A stretch of 63,853 nucleotides of DNA, filler included, from Octopus bimaculoides (lineage: Eukaryota), in assembly GCF_001194135.2 (NCBI RefSeq). It is 5 parts of 5 records of this genome, joined end to end, with 100 filler letters (N's around TTAATTAATTAA, not from the genome) between each part and the next. Parts side by side here need not be neighbours in the genome. Positions count along the whole stretch, not along the records: positions 23,190 to 45,785 come from NC_068986.1; 4 more parts are not named here. One strand, 5' to 3'. The notes under the pieces were generated by a model. That model saw nothing but the letters and a program-made list of their open reading frames with translations. It was not told where the DNA came from and ran no database searches. Each line of letters opens with the position of its first letter. Position 1 is the first letter of the stretch. The position numbers and the translations under genes are program-made. Shown here one piece after another: positions 24,379 to 38,201 of this stretch.

Positions 24379-24562
24379 TTAAGTCGTTAGCATTTAAACT
24401 GGTCAGATCAAGCCTCTCCTAACTTTTCTACAATGTCATTCCCAAAATAAACAATCGCATCATTAAAATGTCAAAGCTATGAGATAATGCATGGTTAATT
24501 CAAAACAAGGTGACTTTATGAACATTACATATGATAGAGTAATCTGAATGCTAAAGAGTTAA
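24379..24562. mobile_element. piggyBac-like MITE (TTAA ends)
   Basis: TTAAgtcgttagcatt...aatgctaaagagTTAA. Related copies at 33505-33732, ~34710-34920 and ~44962-45120. Confidence 0.7.
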
Positions 24563-24977
24563 AGATTAATAACAACAATGTCATTATTACCATTTTAATA
24601 TGCTTGCTCAGACCAATTGGAATTCATTGAAGTAGATTTTTTTTGTTTTTAACATGTCTGGATGCCCTCTCTGTTGTCAAACTTCACCTGTTTCCAAGCA
24701 AGATATTTTCTCTTGATCTGGACATGTTTATTTACAATTTACATGCAAGCATGTGCACATGTACATGGGCTTCATTTCAAGGGCATTCCAGTTATGACCA
24801 TCTCAGCTGTCACTACATTATCTAGTGTATCCTTTCAACCAGATAAGTAAAGTTATGGATAACCAGCCATGAAGTTGATTCTGCATCTTGTCTCTCTCTC
24901 TCACCACATTGTCATTATTGCCTTTATTGATGAGTAAGATGTAAGCTTTCAGTTATGAGTTTATATATCTCCTAAGT

Positions 24978-25282
24978 CGGGGTGGCCAACTTGGTAGGCC
25001 GCATGCAGCCTGCTTGGTACTTTATTGAAATGGGTTTATTTTAACAAACATTTAAAATTTTTTTAATCAAAATTAAAGATTGCCATGAAAAGTGAAAAAG
25101 AATGAAACTACTGTTTTTTCAACGATGCTATTTCATGTTGAATCAACGATCATTTGTTTGTTATTGTAATAATAGCATGAGAAAGCAAAATGCTTTCAAT
25201 TCTGTCAGTATACAAGCAGCCCTCAAAAAGCTTTCTGTGATTTAAAAATGGCCCGCAATGTAATTCGAGCTGGCCAGGCCTG
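24978..25282. mobile_element. hAT-type MITE with 8-bp TSD
   Basis: TSD tcctaagt at 24970-24977 and 25283-25290. Imperfect TIRs cggggtggccaac / gctggccaggcctg. Confidence 0.85.
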
Positions 25283-26791
25283 TCCTAAGTAATTACTGTA
25301 AGCTGGCATGCATACTTTAATCTCAAAATATTGGGTTTCAAATTTTGACACAAGGCCAGCAATTTTGAGGAGTCAAGTTGCTTACATTGAACCCCAATAT
25401 TCAACTGATACTTATTTCATTGACCCCCAAAAGGATGAAGGACAATGTCAACCTCTGCAGAATCCAATCATCAGAATGCAAAGAGGGACCAAATTCTGCC
25501 AGATTGCTGCCTTTTCATCTCAAAATATTGTTGTTCTTGTTGACCATCTCATACCCCACTTCTCTCTCTCTCTCTCAGTTGTGTATCACAGACTGCCTCC
25601 AATATGTCCTTAAAATGATACAGCATTAATCTAAGTGAGATTTGACTTTTATTATTTCTACTGGATCAAGTGATGCTCTAGAAATGCTGTTGACTAGTGT
25701 TGTTTAGTGTCTCCCTGGCCTGAAACTTTCAGCTCTTATCTTCTAGCTCCTAGGGAATAATGACCACAGCTGTAATTTCCTGTATCTTGTATGTGAATAA
25801 TAAATTCCAATTAAAAATGGACATTCCAAAATGGAGCCTTTAAACCAGTTGGCTTCTTGTCTGCCTACTCTTGTAACTGGATTAAAGCTTGAATTTTGTA
25901 CACCTGAATGCTTTTTGACAGTGTTAACAGGACTGGAGGGTGGAATTCGGTATTCTGGCTGGCCAAAATTTCCATGTCTAATATTTAGTTACACTTGTGT
26001 CTTTGAAGTCATTGGAACACATTAATACAGAGTCAACTGCAGTTAAAAGCATGCAGTACACTCTGCAGAGTGGTTGGCATTAAGAAGGGCAACCAATCAT
26101 AGAAATAATTCCAAAGCAGACAAGTAGGGCTTGGCGCAGTCTTTTAGCTTAGCTCTGGTCAAACTGTCCAACCCAAGGCCAGTATGGAAAGCAGATGTTA
26201 ATTGATGATAATTAAGGAGTAAAATTGAATTCCCTTCATAAAAATTTGGCTTCATGTCTCAGAAATCATTCATTATCAATACCGGGTTTTGGAAATATAT
26301 AATACCACCATCATCAGCATCTTCACTTCCATGCCCATTGTATTGTAGAAATTCTCCCACCCCACCCCCTTTCTTTATTCTTGTTGCTGATTGCTATGTT
26401 GTCAAAAAGTATTACAACTTTTCCAGAAATCTTCAACTATTGTCTTTAAAAAAAAACAAAATAATAATAATAAGAGAAAAAAAAAATTTTGTTTAACAGA
26501 TAAGAACTTTTGAATTTGTTTTGACTATAGAAATATCTGTTATCATTGTGAAGAATTATGGTCTCCCTATTTGTAAGAAACTAAACTGGCTTTTCAACTT
26601 TTTATCTCTTATTTATTTTTATGATGATGTTTTTAGCGATATTTTTAGTTGCATTTTTTTATTATTTTGTTTGGTTTCTTCATCTGCCCAATGTTCCATA
26701 CCTGAGTTTTCTTATCTTGTAAGGTATATGATTTAACCCCTCCACTCCACCACCCCTCACTCATTTTCTGTTTACTTTTCCTCATATCTCT

Positions 26792-26833
<42 letters not shown>

Positions 26834-27726
26834 CACCTTCCTTGATCTGTCTATTCTGTCTCCTCAATCTGCACTTGCACAAATGTTTTCCAACCTCTGT
26901 GCTTTACTGCCCCCCCCCCACCTCTACTCTCTTTATCCCCTTTTCTCTCACACAAGTAGCTAATTGATGATTCTAATTAGTTTCTAGTTTGCTTACATTA
27001 AATCCTTACATTGTGCTATAAACAAGTATGACTTAATGTGTGCATAGAGCATAGCATGGGGTTCTCATTTCCTTCTTTTTATTTTTTATTTTTTAATAAA
27101 TACTCGTATCTCTGTTAAGGGACTTTCTAAATTAATTAATTTTTTAAATAACTAAATCCTTAACAAAAAAAAAAAAAAGCAGAAGAAAAAATGGGTTTTA
27201 GTAAATCAAACAATTATAATGTGACATGAGTTAGCATAATAAAGTACACAGCAATTAACTAAAGTATTGCAGCATAATAATTAAAATATATTTCTCTTGG
27301 AAATCACCCCAATAGACTCTCAGCTGTCTTGGTAAATCAAATTAAACTTTTAGGTTAAGGTTTTGTCATTAAGGTTCGTAGTGCACTCATTGCCAGTTAT
27401 CATTGCTAGATTTACACATCCCCAAAATATAGGAAATGTTTAATTCTTTAAGCATTCCAATTTCACCCAGTAGGCATTTTGATCATTTGTTTTAAATATA
27501 TCTTTTCTTTCAATCTTCACATTTCCATCTGTGTGTGACAAGGAAAAGAAGAAGAAAAAACAAAGTGCTAAAACAAGAGTTGAAGGGAAGGACAGGGAGC
27601 AAGGGGAAGGAGTGGGTGTATGATGGTGGCGGTGGTGGTGGTGGTGGTGGGATGTCAGTGCAGTAACAACCGTTTTATTGTGAGATTTAAATGGCCTAGT
27701 TATTCCAAAAAGCTGATTCCTTACAG

Positions 27727-27759
27727 CAAGTAGAATTAGTCCAAATATGGTTAACAGCT
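27727..27759 (+). other. Candidate 33-nt symmetric exon
   Basis: gctgattccttacag|caagtagaattagtccaaatatggttaacagct|gtgagt. Open in phase 0 (QVELVQIWLTA) and phase 1 (SRISPNMVNS). Confidence 0.3.
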
Positions 27760-29259
27760 GTGAGTTTTCAACTTTAATGGCCTAATCTGATGTTAACATG
27801 TAAAGTGAGAGTAATTAAGAAGTCTGTGGCTCCTGTTCAGATTCTATTGTTTCCTTGTGATGTAGTTGCTTGCCTCAACCGGAAAAGATTCATTTATTAT
27901 ACACGACACATGAGATGAACTTGCAAATGTTAATGTCAGGTACCTGTGTTTTTAGTCGCTAGTTTGACTGCAAGTTGATTTCTGTGTTTCAGTTGCCATT
28001 CTGTTTGTGGTTCAACAGTCAAATAAGAGAATATCGTTTATTCTTGCTTAACCGTTTTACTGTGGAAAGCATTATTATAAACCAATCTATCTTTGGTTGA
28101 GGAACATTGATGTTTTGGAAGTTATTCTTTGCTGAGATATGTCAAGTTTATTGAGGCATATGTGACTTAGAGATGATACCAATTCTATTTTTTGGTGGGG
28201 TACATCATTACTGAAATAACCTTGGAATTTAATTTTGCATTTAAAAAATTAAAGGAATCACAAAAAGAAAAAGAAAGACAGTGGTGTAGGATTAGAGAAA
28301 CCTCAATCTAGTCTGCTTCAACAGAATTTCATCATCATCTGCTTGCCTTGCTGGCATGGGTTGAGACAGTTTGGTAGCTGCCTAGGTTCCAATTGTCTGT
28401 TTTAGCATTGTTTCTATGGTTGGATGCCCTTCCTAATGCCAACCACTTCACAGAGTGTACTGTTTTTTTTTATACATGGCACCAGCATGAGTGCTTTTAT
28501 GTAGCACCAAAAGGCACTAAAATCATTTTTAAAAATTGGTGTTTTGCATTTGATATCAGCATGGTAATAAGTATGGCTATGTTGTTAAGAAATTTGTTTC
28601 ACAGTAACATGATTCTGGGTTTTGATTCTGTTTTGAGCAAGTATTTACTGCCATAGCCTCTGTTTGACTAATATTTTGTGAGTGAAATTTAAGGGATGGA
28701 AGCTTTGCATGTGCATGCATGTGTGTGTGTGTGCACGTGCACACATATACATTTGCACATATGTGTTCATCACCAACGGTGTATCAGTCAATCAAACTGG
28801 TGTTCTTTCAATGAAGTTGTTTGTATCAACTTAGATACACCCCTTCATACAGCAAACCAATGATTGACTCTAGTGGAAACCTGCAACCAATGAAGGTATT
28901 ATTCACAAGTTTACTATATAAAAAAGACACAAATAAAGCTAGGAACTTTTTTTTCTAAGTTGCCATAACATATCACAGAGGTGTGTGAGAGAGAGAGAGA
29001 GAGGAGAGATTCATCTCTGAATGATTTGTGGAGAGTTTTATGCTCTTTCTGATCAGAAAAGATGCAGCATACTTACATTAAAGGCAGTGGAAGGGGCCAG
29101 CTATACTCAGCCATTAAAATTAAACCCCCACCACTTTAGAATGTAATAAAATATTTGAGGTTTGTCATTTTGCTTTGCAGACTCTCTTGTGACATCCTGT
29201 GAAATGAAACAGTTTTCAAAACTTCTCTGAGTTATATATATATATATATAAATATAGAC

Positions 29260-29303
<44 letters not shown>

Positions 29304-30284
29304 GAAAAGAAAGAACCAAAAGGTGGAGAAAAAAAATTAATATTCGGGGTGGTGGTGGCAGGGGTTGTCCCTGAGACATGATTTGTCGTTTTTGTGGTGG
29401 CTGGTTTGACTTTCTTCCTTTGAAAGAAAAACTGTGTAATAATAAACTATTTAGAAGAAGAAAATTGATATGGTTCAATTTTCACTCATCACACATCCTA
29501 TATCATCCCTGCCTTACAAACTATAGCTAAGTATTTGTAGACATCCTTGTATTTCTCTGTGTGTGAGAGAGAGTCATTTCTTCTTTCTATTACTTTTCCC
29601 CTTTTGTAGTTGGCTGGTTATTTCCCATTGCATGTGCGTCTGTGTATTAATGTTCTGTATCATCTGAGAAATAAAGCTCTTCTCTATGTTGCTCTCATGT
29701 CACCTATTTTTTTCACTTTCCATATATTCCCATTTCATTTAGCTGAATTTTTTTTCTCTCTCCCTCCCCCCCTCTCTCTCTTGATATTTATTTACTGTCC
29801 AAGACCATAATACACATAGCACCTCCTCCTCCTCCTGGAAACAATATTTCAAAGTAAAGCCCCTATGCTTGGGTTGTTATCTATAAATTATTATTTTTCC
29901 ATGCCAACTATGGAAAATTTTTTTCACACCCAACTCCTTATTTCTCTTTTTTTTTCCCCCATTTTCATAAGTTATGGAAAAGTAAAATAAAACCTTGATT
30001 TATTGAATATTTTTTTCACCATCAACAGCAATGGTTATTCATTCATTCATTTATTTATTATTACCATCATCATCATCATCATCATCATCATTTTTATTAT
30101 TTTCCTTCTCTCCTTACTAAATCTATTTTGCTATGCAATTTGATATGTACAAATCAATCTCTGTTCATTGCTAATTCTTTTATTTTTATATACTTTGAGT
30201 TTATTACAGCTCTTGTTGTTATCATCTTTATTATTATTATTATTATTATTATTATCATCATCATTATTATTATTATTATTATTA

Positions 30285-30359
<75 letters not shown>

Positions 30360-31040
30360 TTTGTCATTGCCATTTAGTGGAAATGCATTTTGCTATGATG
30401 TATTCTTAAGGTTGACATTACTTCTTGAAATCTGGTGAAGGAATATATTAAACTAATATTAATCAATATTTGGAATTTTGTAGGGCTTTAAAAAAAAAAA
30501 AAAAAAAATTCGTGTATGTGTGTGTGTGTTAAGTTACTCATATTTTTGTCTGTTAGGTTTACTTTTAAATAAAACAGAGAAATATGATGGGGGTGGGGAA
30601 AGAAACAGAACAGTCTTAAAGGGTTTCAATTTCACAACAATAAAAAATACATTGATCTGTTTACAGTCACTATTGCTTTTCTTTTCTTTTTTTACTTTTG
30701 TTTTTGTTTGTTACATTTCTTTATTCATTTGTTTTTCTCTTTGGGTGGGATCAGAGTATCAAGTAATCTAGATTTATCTATATAAGCTCTAACCCACCCC
30801 ACTCTGTGTTATATATCTTCAGAGTAGGCAAATTTATAAGTTATAGTGTACCCAATGCATATAATTATCATAGCTCTTCAGTAAACTGTTAGACTAGAAT
30901 ACTGACAATGTGGTTTCAATCCTAATTATCAGCTGGATTTTTATTTATTTCTAATGCTTCATTAAAATGAGCGTGGCAGTGCGGTTAAAAAGTTTGCTTC
31001 CCAACCACATGGTTTCAGGTTCATTCATTCCCTCTCCTTG

Positions 31041-31081
<41 letters not shown>

Positions 31082-32491
31082 ATGCATGCATACACACACA
31101 CACACAATGTGTGTGTTTGTGTTTCCTGGTCTTGACACGGCGTGATTGTTGTAACTGAATGTCATTCATTTCCAATATTCTGCTCAAACATATCAGGCCA
31201 TGAGCAGATATTATTTCTCTTGGAAATATGCAAGAGTTAGCTACAGGAAGGGCACCCAGTTGTAGAACGTCTACTTCAATAATGGCTATCTGACCCATGC
31301 AACTATAGAAAAGTGTACATTAAAATGATGATGAAAATCCTATGAAAATATGACATTAATAATTATAGGCCCCAGTTCAACAGAACAGAGCCACAAGTGT
31401 GTAATTTCTGTTTGAAACTGGTGCTTATATTTAACAGGATTTGTAGTGAAGTCTTAGTTAATTGCTAATTAACTTTGAAAAATATTCCTCAAGATGCAGT
31501 AGCTAATATTCAATCACCATTATTGAACTGACTTATCTATATTCTCTGAAGCAAACCATTCCTTATGTGCAGTTATTATACCCCCAAGTTATTCCTTTCA
31601 GTTCACTAAAGTTCCCATTTGTAGAATGATCTTGAAGAAGTACAATAACAAGAGTTTTAAGCTTGTAACATGTGCTGGCATCCATCCAAACTGTACTTTG
31701 ATGTGTGTTTGCTTTTAGAGGAGCCAAAATAAAACAAAAAAATCCATGCAGCACAAAAAGATAAGAGGGTGGGGGGAAGAAAAGCTGTCTCTACCTCCCA
31801 TTAGATGACATACCATAGCAGATCAGAGGGTATATCTTTTAAAGGATTATGGATTTCATTAAGTTGTTAATCCTTTGAAGGCTTTTCATTGTACACATGG
31901 CTACATCTGAGGGCTGTCAGATCATCAAAATATGTGTGGTTGGGTGATGTTTTTCTTTTACTTTTCTGGCTATCACCATCAGATGTTGACAAAAGGAATC
32001 TCTTGCTATCAAAATAAGAAAGAAAGAGAGAAAGAAAGAAAGAAATGTCTCTTTAGGTCACTTGTTTATTTTGTCATTTAAGTACAATATTCTTCGGTAT
32101 TGTCATTTCATTTCAAGAAATGTAATAAGATAATTCAAAAGTACTGCTAAAATATTCAAGCTCATTATGTAAATTAAACTAACCCAATTTTATTAAATAG
32201 ATCCTTCATTAAGATATTTACCCTTCTTATTCTTTCTCCTCTTTCTTTTCTTTCTACTCTTTCTTTCTTCATTGACTCTTTCTTTCTTCATTGGCCCTTT
32301 CTTTCCTGTTGAACATTTTTGCAATTTCAAGTAACTGTTTGGATACTTTTCCGGGTTTTTTTTTCCTCCCCCTTTTTTTTCCTTCTCTTTTTCTCTTCTC
32401 AAAGAGGTAATGTAACCCAAGAGAGAATAGTTTGTTATTTTAAAGGGAGGGATGTATGGTTTAACTATTTTGGCAGCTTACAGTTTTGCAG

Positions 32492-32503
32492 ATGGGAGAA
32501 AGG
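32492..32503 (+). other. Candidate 12-nt microexon
   Basis: ttaactattttggcagcttacagttttgcag|atgggagaaagg|gtaggt. Confidence 0.3.
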
Positions 32504-33149
32504 GTAGGTTCTGCATATTCCTGTGTGTTTTGTTTGTTTGTCGTTACATGACCAATCAAAAATTTTCACTTTATCAGTCCTTTACCATCAAAAAAAGCTC
32601 AGCTTGTTGTCATGGTGGTGGTGGCCTTGGTGACGAACCTGACACTGATACCACCATTGACTTGGGGCGTGTAACTATGTTTTCATGGAAAAAAATTGAG
32701 TCGAAAGGTTGTAGACAAATAGATCAGCAAGACATTGTGTTATGAGAAAAATATAGTATTTAATAACATTATTAACTTTAAAGCTGGTGTAAGGCCAAAC
32801 ATTTGAAGCAGGGGGTGTAGTTAACCGATTCCTCCTCGCCTCTGTACTGGATGATACTTTTCCAATCCCAGAAGGCTGAAAATAAGTAAAGTTGACCTCA
32901 GATGAATTTGAAACAGATCCTCAATGTGTACACTAGGTATAGAGAATTGGAGTGGGTGTGTGGTAAGAAGCTTGCTTCCCAACCGCATGGTTCAGTCCCA
33001 CTGTGTAGCACCTTAGGCAAGTGTTTTCTACTATAACCTCAGACCGACCAAAGCCTTATGAGTGGATTTAGTAGATGAAAACTGAAAGAAGCCTGTCGTG
33101 TGTGTGTGTGTCCTAATATAATAATGAGTGTAGTGTTTTTATATATTTA

Positions 33150-33237
<88 letters not shown>

Positions 33238-33504
33238 CAAAATCAGTCAAGTGACTGAAACAAGTGAAAGAATAAAATTGAATCCCCACCCACTTGAGAT
33301 ACCTGGTACTTATTTTATATTTTATTGATCCTCACAGGGTGTAAGCAAAGTTCTTCTCAAACCACATTTGAATTTGGAATATAAAATGTGGTAACTAAAT
33401 CCTCAGAACATTTAATCTGACACTATATAATTCCTGCCATTCCATCACCCTATCAATTGTAATAATTTCCTTATTTCATGGAATCTGTTTCTTCCTAGTG
33501 TTGT

Positions 33505-33732
33505 TTAATCCTTTAGTATTCAGATTACCCTGTCAAATGTAATGCATATTTAATCTCACTGTTTTTAATTAATCATGTATCATCTCACAGCTTTCAGATT
33601 TTGATGATGTGATTGCTTATTTTTAGAATGACATTGTAGGATTGGTGTGAGAAATTGGATCTGGCTAATTTCAGCATAAAACTGGTAGAATATCTAAGCC
33701 AAATATGGTCAGTTTATATACTGAATGGTTAA
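33505..33732. mobile_element. piggyBac-like MITE
   Basis: TTAAtcctttagtattcag...atactgaatggTTAA. Confidence 0.7.
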
Positions 33733-33739
33733 AACTCAT

Positions 33740-36700
33740 TAGTTAGTGAACTGGTAGAAATATTACCATGACAGACAAATGCTTAGTTTCAGCTCTTTAG
33801 GTTCTGGGTTTACTTTATGTCATGGTTAACTTTGCTTCCACCCTTTTGGGTTTAAAAAAAAAAAAAAAAAAAGGTTAGTTGCATTTCTTTTGGCTCTTTA
33901 TAGGTTCTGAGTTCACATAAGTTTGACTTTGCCTTCACTTTTTCGGTGTTGTTAAAATAGGTACTAGTTAAATACTGGGGTTGGCGTGATCAGTTTTGCC
34001 CACCCCTCTCCCTCAGAATTGCAGGCTTTGTACCAAAATCAGAAAGTGTTATTTAAAGTTCATTTTTGATCCATATCTTTAAAAAAAAAAAAAGACTTAT
34101 CATTTCATTTGTTCATAGAAGATTTTATTAATAAAAATATTTTGGAAAATTTTAACCCTTAAACAGCAGGAAAGAGTTACATGAATGTGTGTGCCAAACA
34201 GGCAAAAAGCAAAAAAAAGACATCTCTTTTTTTCTTCTTAAGGGTAATTTTTATACTTATTTTCACTTTAAATAAGTACAAAAGCTGTAATAATTGTTAG
34301 TCTCTCACAATAAAATTTAAAATCTCATTATTGAAAAGTGCCATAAAATATTCACTTTTCTTTGATGATGGCCGTATCCATGTAAATTTTTTGAAACATC
34401 AATTGATAATGTCCGTTATTCTCTAATGAAACATCAATTGATAATGTCCATTGTTTAAAGGTTAATAAAGAGAAGAAACAGAATGTGATTTGATGGAATG
34501 GTAGAATCATTACAGCTTTGGACAGAATATTTTGTGGAATTTGTTTTGACTCTTTATGTTCTGAGTTCAAGTTCTGTGGAAATCAGTTATGTCTTTCATC
34601 CTTTTGGCGTTGGTAAAATAAAATACCAGTGAAGTACTGAGTCAATAGTAACGATTTACTCAATCCCCCTCAAAATTCTGGATACACGCTTAAACTGAGT
34701 GTTCAGATTACGCTGTCAAATGTAATTAATACTTATTTATTCAAATTGTTTTGAATTAATCATGCATTATCTTATAGTTTACAGATTTCAATGATGTGCT
34801 TGTTTAGTTGTAAAAAGGCATTGTAGGGTTGGTTTGAAAGGCTAGATCTTGTTGGTTTCAACATAAAATGGATAAAATAATTTGGCCTGATATGGTTGAT
34901 TTAAATGCTAAAGGGTTGAGTTAGAAATAATTACAGAGTTCAAGATAAACTTTGCCTTCATAATTAATAAACTAAAGTAAGTAGCCAATGTAATCAATTA
35001 ACTACCCCACCCTTCAAAATTTCTGGCCTTGTGTCTAAGTTAGAAACAATTGATGGGTGGGTCCTGATCTTTAAAATTCTGCTAAGGTCAACTTTGCCTT
35101 TTATCCTTTCAGAGTCGATAAATTAAGTACCAGTTGCGTACTGCGTTCGGTCTAATCGACTGGCCCCCTTCCCCCAAAATTTCGGGCCTTGTGCCTAGAC
35201 TAGAAAAGAATATTTGTTTCTACTCTGTACATTCTGATTTAAAACCCTGACAAATTGGATTGTTTTTCATTCTTCAGAACTCAATAAAATACCAGTTATA
35301 TACTGAGGTTGCTGGCATCAACTTAACACTCCTCTAAAAAAAATTGCTGGCCTTGTGCCTAAATTAGAAACAATTATATTTGTATTATTCTTTATTTATT
35401 CATTTGGTTTCTCTGTGTTTTGCTATCATCAGTCCCCCCCTCTTCTCTTGCATTTCTTTTCACCTCCTTTAACTGATAAGCTGACTGGTTGATTTGACAG
35501 ATTCCATGAAAAATTTGCCTGCAGCTGATCCATGGCATATAACCATAAACTAATTTTCTATCAACTTATTTAGTATCAGCTCTCTTAATAGTACGCTTTA
35601 ATACCTACAGCGGCTGTAACAAGCACAGCAGTTGTTTGGGTTTGATAATACAGCAGCAACAGCAAGCTTTGTTGTGTTGGTGATGGCAGAGGCGACTTTA
35701 ACAACTGCTGGCCTTAAACTGACATAAATAATAAGATTGCTATGCCTATCATTTCTAATTTGACTCACACAGCCAACATGTTGATTTACACACAATGCTA
35801 TTCACAAGCCCTTTAAGACAATGTTTTTAATGTCATGATGTAACCGATCTAAGAAGATTTTCTCATTCACGGCTGTCTTCATGCCTCCCACTTTCTTTCT
35901 TTCACTGCCTCTCTATCTGTCTATCTATCTATCTATCTGTCTATCTATCTATCTATCTGTCTATCTCTATTTGTATATCTCTTATAAACAGGTAAATCAC
36001 TCGCTCACTTGTCTAGTTAATATTAATTTGCATCTTATAAAAACACTTAAACACCAATTTTTTTTTTTTGTTTTAATTGATAAATAAAATTTAATTTATC
36101 ACTACTATTCCATTTTCTTGAGCTTAATATTCTTGCAGTGTTTGTTCTGACTCTTTGCATTTCAAGTTCAATTCCTGCTGAAGTCAACTTTTCCTTCCAT
36201 CTTTTCCAGAAGTCAATAATATTAAGTAATATTGAAGTACTGGGTTCAATATAACTAATTCCCTTCCTCAAAGCTTGTAACTTCATGCCTTTATCATCAT
36301 CATCATCATCAACAAGGCGGTGAACTGGCAGAATCATTAACACACCATGCGAAATGCTTAGCTGTATTTCATCTGCCGTTATGTTCTGTGTTCAAATTCC
36401 TCCGAGGTCAACTTTGCCTTTCATCCTTTCGGGGTCAATAAATTAAGTATCAGTTATTTGCTGGGGTTGATGTAATCAACTTAATACTTTTGTCTGTCCT
36501 TGTTTGTCCCCTCTCTGTGTAGCCCCTTGTGGTCAGTAAAGAAATAAGAAACGTTAGCATGCCGGTCGAAATGCTTAGCTGCATTTTACCTGCCTTTACA
36601 TTCTGATTTCAAATCTTGTCAACTTTCCCTTTCACCCTTTCAGGGTTGATAAAATAAGAACCAGTTGATTGATGGGGGGATTTGTATAATCAATTTGTCC

Positions 36701-37000
36701 CCCCTCCTCAGAAACTGCTGACCTTGTGCCCAAATTTGAAACCATTATTATTATTATTATTATGATTATTATTATTATTAAAGGTGATGAACTGGCAGAA
36801 TCGTTCATGAGCTCGGCAGAATGCTTTGTGGCATTTTGTCTGTCTTTATGCTCTAAGTTCACATTCTGCCAAGGCCGACTTCGCATTTCATCCCTTCGGG
36901 GTTCGTGAAATAAATACCAGCTGAGCGCTGGGGTTGATGTAATAGACTTTCCCCTTCCCCCCAAACTGCTGGCCTTGTGCCAAAACTTGAAACTATTATT
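33740..37000 (+). mobile_element. Head-to-tail cluster of SINE family A copies
   Basis: Central block (gtcaactttgcctttcatcctttc..gataaa) recurs near 33820, 33930, 34590, 35090, 35270, 36180, 36410, 36620 and 36880, all on +. Confidence 0.8.
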
Positions 37001-37884
37001 ATTTCTGGAACATTCATTTTCAGACTCTTTAACTGTCCCCCCCTTTTGTTTCTTTAACCCATTCCACCGTTTCTCCCTTACTTTTTCATACTAAGACCTG
37101 ACTTGTATTATCTATAGTTGAATTTCATTAATTAATATTATCAAAATTAAGCCATATAAGGTAAGGTTTTATAACTATATGACATCGTTTCTCAACATAT
37201 AGGTCTTCAGTATTTGACCTACCGTCAGTGTAAAGGGTGGTTAGGCAGGTGGCGGAGTCGTGTTGCCTCCTACCCATATCCATGAATATCTTTGCTTAAC
37301 TTTCTCTAGTAATCTATGAAATTTCAACATTTGATTTCATTAATCAATTATTAATTACCTTTAGTTCATATTATATATCTTCAAAAGAAAACATTACCTC
37401 TATATAACGGTAGTTTATATATATATATATATGACAGTGTAGTTGATAAGTCTGATTTGTAACCTCATGGTTTTGAGTTCATTCCACTGCATGGCACGTT
37501 GGGCAAGTGTGTTTTACTGACCAAAGCCTTGCGACTTTAGGAGATAGACATATCAAAGAAGCCTACTCTGTGTGTGTGTGTGTGTGTGTTTACAGTTGCA
37601 CTTACCTGGTAATTACTGAGCTACAAATAAACAGGTTCGTTGTCATTTTCTCCTGTCAGCAAATTACCTGCTGGCTTTGGCTTTTCCAAGATGTGTGGAA
37701 TAAGAGATCTGTCACTTGTAAAACAGGTAAATGATAGTGACAGAAAAGGCACCCAGCAGTGGAATAGTTTGACTTTATTTGTCTAATGTAAGGGCATGGA
37801 CACAAACATGTAAACAAGATGCCTTTGTGGCTCCGGTTTTACTTATATATAAATGAATGAATGTGTGTGTGTGTGTATGCATAT

Positions 37885-38025
37885 TATATGGCGAACCGGA
37901 TGGCTGCACCAGGCTCCAATCTGCCAGATCAGATTGAAGCCTGGTGCAGCCATCTGGTTTGCCAGTCCTCAGTCAAATCGTCCAACCCATGCTAGCATGG
38001 AAAGCTGATGTTAAATGATGATGAT
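37885..38025 (+). mobile_element. SINE/LINE-tail family D fragment, opposite orientation to the 40038 copy
   Basis: cctcagtcaaatcgtccaacccatgctagcatggaaagctgatgttaaatgatgatgat. Confidence 0.75.
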
Positions 38026-38094
38026 AATGCATATACATAGTATATTTATATGTGTATAAACATGTGTATTTATGTATGTGTATATATATTTATT

Positions 38095-38142
<48 letters not shown>

Positions 38143-38170
38143 CATATGCATAGTACATACATGTACATTT

Positions 38171-38201
<31 letters not shown>

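Noticed and set aside
29176-29230. Acceptor followed by SLVTSCEMKQFSKLL*, and similar acceptor-plus-short-ORF cases at about 26650 and 31575
   Set aside because: T-rich acceptor-like sites are common in AT-rich introns; no donor or other support.
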